Source: a virus
Lineage: Duplodnaviria > Caudoviricetes
Virus record (IMG/VR): IMGVR_UViG_3300032285_003957
Span: 1-64,000 of that record
Direction: 5' to 3' (one strand)
Length of the DNA stretch: 64,000 bases
Below, in pieces: positions 56,723-63,578 of this stretch. Within the stretch, counting starts at the first letter, position 1. The number at the start of each line of letters is the position of its first letter. The notes under the pieces are model-generated. The model was not told the DNA's origin. It worked only from the letters and a program-made list of their open reading frames with translations, and searched no databases. The position numbers and the translations under genes were made by a program.

Positions 56723-57119
56723 TGGTGGAGATGACGAGACTCGAACTCGTGTCTTTCCTGCTCAACAATAAATGACTACACGTTTATTACAACATTGTTT
56801 CTCAATGTTCCGAAATATCAGGTTTGATATATGTGAGAACCCTACCTGCAAACAACTTGGTCTTAGAATTATTTTAAACGAGCTCTAACCTGTCACCCGT
56901 ATATTGGACTTCTGTTCCTAGGTTAATGTCCTAATCGACCCGTGCATAGGAGGCTAACTTAGTTAGGCTGCTACTTTAGAAGTTGCAAGAATACCTGCAA
57001 TTTCCATGTTGTTGTAAACGTTGCCGTTTGAATTTTTCCACCGTAGATTTAAGTCATAGATGAAGTCTGACTACGTGCCATCTATCCCTGATACCTGAAA
57101 TCAATTCCAAAGCATCCCC
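56723..57119 (-). ncRNA. ssrA: tmRNA; tag (A)GNVYNNMEIAGILATSKVAA*
   Basis: 5' GGGGATG..GAATTGA; 3' T-arm GTTCGAGTC and CTCCACCA; tag ORF 57025-56963. Confidence 0.92.
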
Positions 57120-57124
57120 ATATT

Positions 57125-57172
57125 TTAAAGAACTATAATGCAAATATAGATAAAAAAGGGGTTAAAAACAAA
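57125..57172 (-). promoter_or_regulatory. sigma70 promoter (TTTG-N20-TATATTTG) plus boxA-like GTTCTTTAA
   Basis: Direct reading. Confidence 0.7.
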
Positions 57173-57206
57173 TTTAACCCCGAAATATTCTATATACGTA
57201 AATTAA

Positions 57207-57413
57207 TTACTTAGTTTTTTTTGCTGCTTTTTTAGCTGCAGGTTTTTTAACTGTTTTTTTAACCTTTTCTTTAACTTCTACTTCAGCAACTTTAGCTTTT
57301 ACTTCTTTTACCTCTTCAACTACAGCAGTTTCAAGTTGGGTTAATTCAGCCGCTTTTTCAGCGATAGAACCACCGCCTAATAAACTTTTAATTAATTCGA
57401 TAATTTTTTTCAT
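57207..57413 (-). CDS. small Lys/Ala-rich protein
   Basis: KKPAAKKAAKKTK tail; TATTTATA upstream. Confidence 0.7.
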   Translation of the reverse strand: MKKIIELIKSLLGGGSIAEKAAELTQLETAVVEEVKEVKAKVAEVEVKEKVKKTVKKPAAKKAAKKTK

Positions 57414-57436
57414 AAGATTCTTTTTATATAAATATA

Positions 57437-58135
57437 TTATTTTTGGACAAAATCGACAGTTCGTAAAGGAAGCGTTTTATCATATAAAGCCTCAAAAAAC
57501 AACTTATTTTTTTCCCATTGTTTATTTGTCACCCCAATCGATAAATGAGTTAACTCAATTTTGGTTGTTACCCCAATTTTAACACCCTCTAAGAAATTGG
57601 ATACACAAAATGAAATATCATAAAAATGGAACCCACTAAATTGTTCGTCAAATTGTTTTTTAATTTGCGATTTACGAACTGCAAAAAATAAACCATCAAC
57701 AATTACAACAGGCTTCAAATTATCATTATATGTCTTTTTGTTGAAAACAGATAAATGTCTTTTACCTTCATGAACGTGCCCAACTTTACCATACATATCA
57801 GGTCTATTATCCCACCAACAACCACTAGTTAAGTTATCAGTTCCGGCCACACCAATAATACCGTAATCAGAATGCTTTTCAAAAAGCTTAACTATCTTTG
57901 GTGTGATATTAGGTGTTTCCAAAACAATATCATCGTGCATAAAAACGACAATATCATTATCGGCTGCGTTTAATCCTTTATTATAAATTTGAGTTAAGGA
58001 TTCTTCACCATTATTCTCATATATTAAAATCTGAGTTTTCGGATGAGAAAACTTTTTTTCAATGTGTTTTAAAAAATCATCATTTATTTCTCGTGTTGAT
58101 ATTACAACACTGATTACTTCATTAGTCTTTGACAT
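57437..58135 (-). CDS. glycosyltransferase-like family protein (GT-A)
   Basis: YNKGL, VFMHDD, GIIGVAG, VDGLF, FHFYD. Confidence 0.8.
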   Translation of the reverse strand: MSKTNEVISVVISTREINDDFLKHIEKKFSHPKTQILIYENNGEESLTQIYNKGLNAADNDIVVFMHDDIVLETPNITPKIVKLFEKHSDYGIIGVAGTDNLTSGCWWDNRPDMYGKVGHVHEGKRHLSVFNKKTYNDNLKPVVIVDGLFFAVRKSQIKKQFDEQFSGFHFYDISFCVSNFLEGVKIGVTTKIELTHLSIGVTNKQWEKNKLFFEALYDKTLPLRTVDFVQK

Positions 58136-58871
58136 ATATTGCTTGTATTTTACCGTCGATTTCAACTAAGTCAACAACGATTGGTTTATTTATTGGTTTA
58201 TATTGTGCGTCACATGTTGATGCGTTTACAAACATTGTATCTCCATCATGTTGAACGCCATAACCTTCATGTATATGTCCAAAAACATTTACCAAAGGGT
58301 TGATAGTTTTAATTCTGTTTATTAAACATTCACAACCAACATGTATATTTGGTTGTCTCCAATTGTTAACTAAATCACCATATCCGTTTGGTGGTCCATG
58401 TGTAATTAATACATCTGTATCTTCAGGTATGAAACTCCACTTTGCTTGTAATTCAGTTCCTAATCTTGGTAAGTTAAAAGCCCAATTATAAAATTCAGGT
58501 TGCCAAGGACTACCATAAAATTTAATAGGTCTTGAGAACTCAGGACTTTCAATCATGATAAAATCATCTTGCAAATATGTTACATTTGATTGTGATAAAT
58601 TTTCCGATGCCATTAAATTATGTAACCAATCATAATCACCTTTATGATGAGGCTGATTGACTTTTTCAAAACAAAAATCATGATTACCTGCGATAAAAAT
58701 TTTAGTGTCAAACCCCTCAATGTTTTGAAACCAATAAACAAAATTAGTTACATCAACTTCACCACCTTTATTGGAAATATCACCGGCATGGATTAACACA
58801 TCACCTTTAGGTAACTCATGTTCCATTAGTTTATGTAAACTATGTGTATCAGATATACAAACTATTCTCAT
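58122..58871 (-). CDS. calcineurin-like metallophosphoesterase
   Basis: ISDTH, HAGD, IAGNHD, ITHGPP, VFGHIHE. Confidence 0.9.
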   Translation of the reverse strand: MRIVCISDTHSLHKLMEHELPKGDVLIHAGDISNKGGEVDVTNFVYWFQNIEGFDTKIFIAGNHDFCFEKVNQPHHKGDYDWLHNLMASENLSQSNVTYLQDDFIMIESPEFSRPIKFYGSPWQPEFYNWAFNLPRLGTELQAKWSFIPEDTDVLITHGPPNGYGDLVNNWRQPNIHVGCECLINRIKTINPLVNVFGHIHEGYGVQHDGDTMFVNASTCDAQYKPINKPIVVDLVEIDGKIQAIYVKD

Positions 58872-58903
58872 GATTAAAATATACAAAAAATTATTGTAAA
58901 GAC

Positions 58904-58931
58904 AAAAAAAAAGTCAGAATTTCTTCTGACT
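58904..58931 (-). terminator. terminator downstream of the large ncRNA
   Basis: AGTCAGAA..TTCTGACT plus T-run. Confidence 0.7.
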
Positions 58932-59003
58932 AAATTTTTTAGGATCGTATGGTTTTACATACAAACTTCCACCATTCAATTTTACTAAATTGAAAAAATA
59001 AAA

Positions 59004-59810
59004 CACTGAGAATACATGTCTTAACGAAACTCTTTAAAAGGATTATTTGATTCCCTTCGTTTCCACTAACTTTTGATTAGTAAGTTTCAGTCACGGCCAA
59101 TTAGATTAACCAATCCTTTCGCAATATCCTACTCTTTTAATACTCATTACTCATCAAATCTGCCGACCTGATTCAACCTTGCGGGTTTAGAGAACTTTCT
59201 CAAAAATCATATTGGGCTTGAGACCCTTTATGGCTGCGAACCCCTCGCAACTAAGTAGTGACCTATCGGACACTGCGGACGAACACTTTTTCTTGTTATA
59301 ATTTTAGTTGTTAAACCGCTATTAACAAAATTTAGTTTCCGAATTTGGGAAAGTAGTGGTTCGTCACCTAGCCAAGCCACCTTTTGAGCGACTCGATACT
59401 AAACTACTCTCTGTAACATCCCTGCTACCATATTTTTGGACTCCTTCAAAACTAAACCCTTGGTAGAGTTTAATAAAGGATGATAACAGCACCACCTGTT
59501 TTTCACCATACCTTTCGGTTTTAAGATTCCCATTATATTGAATCACGCAATGATATAGTCGGATAACTATACTTCTTACAATAACTCTATGGATTATTCT
59601 TATTGATGTTCCCATCTCAACCGAACAACTCGGATTGCTCGGTCATCAAACCACTTTCGCTACAGTGTTACCCTCACTACTTAAGGTTCAATGATATTCC
59701 ACTTGCCTACTCGAGCTCCATTACTGAAGCCGCAACTTACCCCAACCAAGGGTTTGTCACTTTATCCCACTTTCGTGGTTTATTTTAATCGACCATAGGC
59801 GGCCAATATT
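59004..59810 (-). ncRNA. large structured ncRNA, GOLLD-like (~800 nt)
   Basis: No credible ORF; many GNRA hairpins (CCAC-GAAA-GTGG, ACC-GAAA-GGT, CC-GCAA-GG); own -7 promoter and boxA; next to a tRNA array. Family assignment is from size and context only. Confidence 0.6.
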
Positions 59811-59905
59811 TTTAAATCAAAGAACTATTCTTGTTTCTTTTACAAAGATATAAAAAATATTTCAAAAAAAGAAATGTTTTTTAAACTTTTTCTATTTTAT
59901 TTTTT

Positions 59906-60103
59906 TTAAGTTGTTTTTTTTGACGCAACTTTCTCACTTGTTTGTGATTTATAATTTGGATTCTTATAAAGTTTATATTCAGTTTTTGGTGCGAAAGCCC
60001 AATTACCTCCTTTAACTCTTAATTCCGCTTCATTATCGTCAGTTCTTAACATTTCACCGATTTCGTGTCCTTTACTTGCTTTGATTAATTTAATACATTT
60101 CAT
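59906..60103 (-). CDS. small basic hypothetical protein
   Basis: ORF track. Confidence 0.6.
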   Translation of the reverse strand: MKCIKLIKASKGHEIGEMLRTDDNEAELRVKGGNWAFAPKTEYKLYKNPNYKSQTSEKVASKKTT

Positions 60104-60162
60104 AGTTTACCTCCATGTTTTAGTTATAATCAAAGATACAAAATAAATTTCAAAAAACAAAA

Positions 60163-60624
60163 TTAAATCCTTACTAAATGATTTGCTGCGTATGTCATCA
60201 ACGCACCTAAATGTTTGTATCTAACTTTATAACCCATCCCTTCAACCATACCAACTGCTTGTCTTAAAACAGAATTAGATTTGAACTTAGGATCAGGATT
60301 TAAATCGATATCAATCCATTGAGGTTTTGGTAATCCATTTTCTTTTAGATATTCCGCAATTTCAATTGACTTCCAAACTTCCGCAAGCAATCTGTTCGGT
60401 GTATTTCTTTCCATAGGTTCGGTTTCACGCGTGCATAACACGTGAGCACCTTTACCTTTTACATAAAGAGCAATAACAACACCATAGATTGTTTTTTTAT
60501 TTCCATAACATTGGGAATCAGAGCCAATGAGAATTTCCACATTCTCTCTTGTTGCGACATACTCTCTTATGTAATCTATTACATTTGGAATTGGAGTTCC
60601 ATAGAGAGTTCTAAATTTTTTCAT
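60163..60624 (-). CDS. RNase H-like YkuK/DUF458 family protein
   Basis: ILIGSDSQ, RLLAEVWKS, IDIDLN, AANHL. Confidence 0.8.
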   Translation of the reverse strand: MKKFRTLYGTPIPNVIDYIREYVATRENVEILIGSDSQCYGNKKTIYGVVIALYVKGKGAHVLCTRETEPMERNTPNRLLAEVWKSIEIAEYLKENGLPKPQWIDIDLNPDPKFKSNSVLRQAVGMVEGMGYKVRYKHLGALMTYAANHLVRI

Positions 60625-60653
60625 TACCTTTTCATTTTATTATAATTAGTTTG

Positions 60654-60825
60654 CTGTGGTAGCAGGAGTCGAACCATGCAGGTGGAGATTCGATTAGTAA
60701 CAAAGCGCTTGCAAGCCGGTGGTCTACCCCGATATTACTAATCTATTTCTTTGTCCACGCCCGGGAGACAACCGGGTGCGTTTGCCGAGGCCATAACAGA
60801 GACAGCCAATTTTCGCCATACCACA
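60654..60825 (-). tRNA. enlarged tRNA-like RNA (172 nt), anticodon GTC (Asp-like), D-loop insertion and very long variable arm
   Basis: TGTGGTA/TACCACA acceptor; CCCGG-TTGTCTC-CCGGG arm; GGTTCGACTCC. Confidence 0.55.
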
Positions 60826-60886
60826 ATATAAGGACCCAGTACCTCTTATGCTTTCACTCACCTGAGTCCAACGTGAGATAAGGTTG

Positions 60887-60976
60887 CAGAGAGTGAGGGG
60901 TTCGAACCCTCGCGCCGATTTAACTCGACCTAACAGTTTAGCAAACTGCCCCCTTCACCAACTTGGGTAACTCTCT
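60887..60976 (-). tRNA. tRNA-Ser(GCT)
   Basis: Cloverleaf with long variable arm. Confidence 0.9.
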
Positions 60977-60977
60977 A

Positions 60978-61250
60978 TTAGTAGATGCTGTGTCTATCTT
61001 CTTCGTTTAATAACCCTTTACCAATATCAAACTTTTCAGCTCTTCTTTTTGCTTCTTCAGCTTCTTTAACCCAACGAATCCAAGTTAATGAAATATCAAT
61101 AGGTGCTAACACCCAAGCCATAACAATAACCATTATCGTGTCCAATTCTGCTGAATTTGAGGTTACACTTCCATCGTAGCGTTGTTTGTATTTACTAAAC
61201 AATTGATAAAAACAATACACAACGCAAATCAAATAATACGTAATTAACAT
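60978..61250 (-). CDS. small membrane protein inside the tRNA array
   Basis: Two TM segments, WVLAPID; start moved to MLIT. Confidence 0.7.
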   Translation of the reverse strand: MLITYYLICVVYCFYQLFSKYKQRYDGSVTSNSAELDTIMVIVMAWVLAPIDISLTWIRWVKEAEEAKRRAEKFDIGKGLLNEEDRHSIY

Positions 61251-61265
61251 AAATAAAAATTTAAG

Positions 61266-61337
61266 TTGTCCCCCAGGGAATCGAACCCCACTTATCCGGA
61301 CCAAAACCGGATGTAATAACCGATATACGAGAGGACA
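61266..61337 (-). tRNA. tRNA-Gln(TTG)
   Basis: TCCGG-TTTTGGT-CCGGA. Confidence 0.9.
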
Positions 61338-61416
61338 ATAATCTCAGGCATTCTACTTCCCGCAGCACGAAATTGTATCTTACTTAGCCCACCGTTAGCG
61401 GTATGGGAACCTGAGT

Positions 61417-61491
61417 TGGAGCAGATGAGAGGAATCGAACCTCCGTCTCCTACTTGGAAGGAAGGAGTAATGACCATTATACGACATCTGC
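61417..61491 (-). tRNA. tRNA-Gly(TCC)
   Basis: Cloverleaf, encoded CCA. Confidence 0.9.
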
Positions 61492-61590
61492 ATTCATAGC
61501 AGTTATGTGAGCGCCCAACTCACAATACCACTACGTTTTAATGGATGAAAAACATCTGCTTTTCTTTCGGACTTCCATTGGAGTCCCATG

Positions 61591-61662
61591 AGCTCAGTAA
61601 CAGACTCGAACTGTTGTCTAATGATTACAAATCACTTGTTCTACCGACTGAACTAACCGAGC
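61591..61662 (-). tRNA. tRNA-Thr(TGT)
   Basis: AGTGA-TTTGTAA-TCATT. Confidence 0.85.
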
Positions 61663-61785
61663 AATTATTGGAACTTTAGAAGGTATTCCAACTGATGGTT
61701 TATGACTTTACCACACCACGATTCGCGAGCTGTAAGACCCCAATCATTGATACTCTTCTAACGCTTACACTTCAAGTATCTAGTG

Positions 61786-61858
61786 AGCGGAAGACCAGGC
61801 TCGAACTGGCCACCCCGACCTTGGCAAGGTCGTGCTCTACCGAATGAGCTACTTCCGC
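61786..61858 (-). tRNA. tRNA-Gly(GCC)
   Basis: Canonical cloverleaf. Confidence 0.95.
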
Positions 61859-61864
61859 TTGTTG

Positions 61865-61936
61865 TAGTCTCTGAGAATTTTGAAATCCCGACCCTCTCCA
61901 TGTAAGGGAGATGCTCTTCCTCTGAGCTAAGAGACT
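61865..61936 (-). tRNA. tRNA-Val(TAC), atypical T-arm
   Basis: TCTCC-CTTACAT-GGAGA; T-arm GGGAT-TTCAAAA-TTCTC. Confidence 0.8.
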
Positions 61937-61937
61937 A

Positions 61938-62014
61938 TGGTGGACCAAACAGGGCTCGAACCTGTGACCTTGGCATTATGAGTGCCCTGCTCTAACCATC
62001 TGAGCTATAAGTCC
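61938..62014 (-). tRNA. tRNA with CAT anticodon (elongator Met or Ile2)
   Basis: GGCA-CTCATAA-TGCC; encoded CCA. Confidence 0.85.
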
Positions 62015-62021
62015 AATAAGG

Positions 62022-62127
62022 TGCCGAAGGAGGGATTTATACCCACACGCAGGTCATTTCGAACTCTGCTCCTTCTAGAATACAGCGCGTCTAACAGGTG
62101 GCCACCCGTCTATTCCGCCACTTCGGC
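62022..62127 (-). tRNA. enlarged Leu-like tRNA-like RNA (106 nt), D-loop hairpin insertion, anticodon ambiguous (CTA or TAG)
   Basis: GCCGAAG/CTTCGGC acceptor; weak anticodon stem; T-loop TATAAAT. Confidence 0.5.
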
Positions 62128-62132
62128 ATGTG

Positions 62133-62215
62133 TGAGAGTGGACGGATTCGAACCGCCGAAGTCTAAGACTCCTGATTTACAGTCAGGTGCCAATTACCGC
62201 ATTGACAACACTCCC
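62133..62215 (-). tRNA. tRNA-Tyr(GTA)
   Basis: CCTGA-CTGTAAA-TCAGG. Confidence 0.9.
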
Positions 62216-62220
62216 ATTTG

Positions 62221-62301
62221 TGACCAAGGAGAGATTCGAACTCTCACGACTTACGTCATTGGTTCCTAAGACCAACGTGTCTACCGTTCCACCACTCGGC
62301 C
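62221..62301 (-). tRNA. tRNA-Leu(TAG)
   Basis: TTGGT-CTTAGGA-ACCAA. Confidence 0.92.
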
Positions 62302-62308
62302 ATTGTTG

Positions 62309-62380
62309 CGCTGATGGAGAATTACGATATCTCAACCTATTGATTAACAGTCAATTGCTCTGCCGTTGAGCTACATCAGC
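62309..62380 (-). tRNA. tRNA-Asn(GTT), atypical T-arm
   Basis: ATTGA-CTGTTAA-TCAAT; T-arm GAGAT-ATCGTAA-TTCTC. Confidence 0.8.
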
Positions 62381-62385
62381 TTTTG

Positions 62386-62459
62386 TTGGGAATGCAGGAT
62401 TCGAACCTACGGCCTCTTGGTCCCAAACCAAGCGCGATACCGGACTACGCTAATTCCCA
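62386..62459 (-). tRNA. tRNA-Pro(TGG)
   Basis: CTTGG-TTTGGGA-CCAAG. Confidence 0.92.
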
Positions 62460-62465
62460 TTTTAG

Positions 62466-62539
62466 TGATTCCGTTTGGATTCGAACCAAAGACCCACATC
62501 TTAGAAGGATGTTGCTCTATCCAACTGAGCTACGGAACC
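62466..62539 (-). tRNA. tRNA-Arg(TCT)
   Basis: ACATC-CTTCTAA-GATGT. Confidence 0.92.
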
Positions 62540-62540
62540 A

Positions 62541-62975
62541 TTATTTAATATTTTTTGCTCGATATGTTTCCGTTTGTGAATGACAATTAGGACATAACAT
62601 TCTTAAATTTTCTAATTTATGATTTGTTCGATTCCCATCGATATGGTCTAATTCCATATTTAATTTTTTACCATTCCATTCTTCAATGTCACATATAAAA
62701 CATTTGTTTTCGATTATTTTTTCTTTTAATAATCTATTTTTTAATTTGAATGTTTGGAAATGTGGATGTTTACCTTCCAATATTTCCTGTAAATCTACTT
62801 TAGGTGGGACAATCTTATTTGTTCCTTTTCCTGATTGATTCGTTACGTAACAACCAAATTTAATTGCATACTTTTTAAAAGTATTAAAATGTAAATCTAA
62901 TTTACTTGCTGCTTCAGCCATTGATTTAGATTCTTGACAGATTTTTATAAAATCGTTTTGATTAAAATGTTTCAT
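62541..62975 (-). CDS. HNH endonuclease with N-terminal HTH, inside the tRNA array
   Basis: CFIC..ELDHIDG..NH..ENLRMLCPNCHSQT. Confidence 0.9.
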   Translation of the reverse strand: MKHFNQNDFIKICQESKSMAEAASKLDLHFNTFKKYAIKFGCYVTNQSGKGTNKIVPPKVDLQEILEGKHPHFQTFKLKNRLLKEKIIENKCFICDIEEWNGKKLNMELDHIDGNRTNHKLENLRMLCPNCHSQTETYRAKNIK

Positions 62976-63031
62976 ATTAATAAATATCATACACTTTAGA
63001 AAAAACCATTTTAGTGTCTATCTTTTTCATG

Positions 63032-63116
63032 TACTTCCGACCAGAATCGAACTGGTACGAACTTTCAGTTCATAGCATTTTAAGTGCTACGTGTCTACCA
63101 GTTCCACCACGGAAGC
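63032..63116 (-). tRNA. tRNA-Leu(TAA)
   Basis: TAGCA-CTTAAAA-TGCTA, long variable arm. Confidence 0.92.
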
Positions 63117-63125
63117 GTTTTTTCC

Positions 63126-63141
63126 CAATATGTCAAAGAAC
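63126..63141 (-). promoter_or_regulatory. boxA-like GTTCTTTGACATATTG in the tRNA-array leader
   Basis: Related motifs upstream of the tmRNA and the large ncRNA. Confidence 0.55.
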
Positions 63142-63172
63142 AATACTAATATAAAAAATAAAATTCACTAAA

Positions 63173-63208
63173 ACAAAAAACCCGAACTTTTTTAATTTGT
63201 TCGGGTTT
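63173..63208 (-). terminator. terminator after the 35-aa leader ORF
   Basis: AAACCCGAAC..GTTCGGGTTTTTT on -. Confidence 0.8.
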
Positions 63209-63230
63209 CAATATTCTAATTTAAATTATT

Positions 63231-63338
63231 TTAAATAAGTGTGTCCGAACTTAAAGCGCATGTAGGTTGCACAAGATAGCCATTACCATTTGTTAACGGT
63301 CTACTCGTAATCCCCAATATGTTATTTAAGTTCTTCAT
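63231..63338 (-). CDS. 35-aa leader-like peptide
   Basis: Manual translation MKNLNNILGITSRPLTNGNGYLVQPTCALSSDTLI*; TATATTTG promoter at 63357-63364. Confidence 0.45.
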   Translation of the reverse strand: MKNLNNILGITSRPLTNGNGYLVQPTCALSSDTLI

Positions 63339-63405
63339 CGTTTTTATAAGTATAAGCAAATATACAAAAAGTTTCAATAATAAAAAAATAATCATAAAAA
63401 TATTT

Positions 63406-63564
63406 TTACCAACGTTTCATTGGCGGTGGTGAAAATCGTGGTTGATAGTATCTGTGCACATGATACATTCCGTTCCATGGATGACGATGTGTATAAATTG
63501 CACGTTCGTAATAACATCCACTGAATGTCACTGCGATTAACAATAAGAATAATAACTTTTTCAT
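63406..63564 (-). CDS. 52-aa lipoprotein
   Basis: Manual translation MKKLLFLLLIAVTFSG|CYYERAIYTHRHPW...; lipobox; TATTTAT upstream. Confidence 0.65.
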   Translation of the reverse strand: MKKLLFLLLIAVTFSGCYYERAIYTHRHPWNGMYHVHRYYQPRFSPPPMKRW

Positions 63565-63578
63565 ATTAATAAATATTT

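Noticed and set aside
59004-59810. rRNA fragment, group I/II intron, or ORFs 59364..59615 and 59603..59788
   Set aside because: No rRNA or intron core motifs recognised, not inside a gene; the short ORFs lack protein features
60832-61761. Theta/HDV, hammerhead or twister ribozymes in tRNA spacers
   Set aside because: Diagnostic cores (HDV P3/L3, CUGANGA+GAAA) could not be matched by eye; kept only as unassigned structured RNAs
61292-62583. ORFs 61292..61477, 61982..62269, 62187..62369, 62366..62548, 62383..62583
   Set aside because: They overlap tRNA genes
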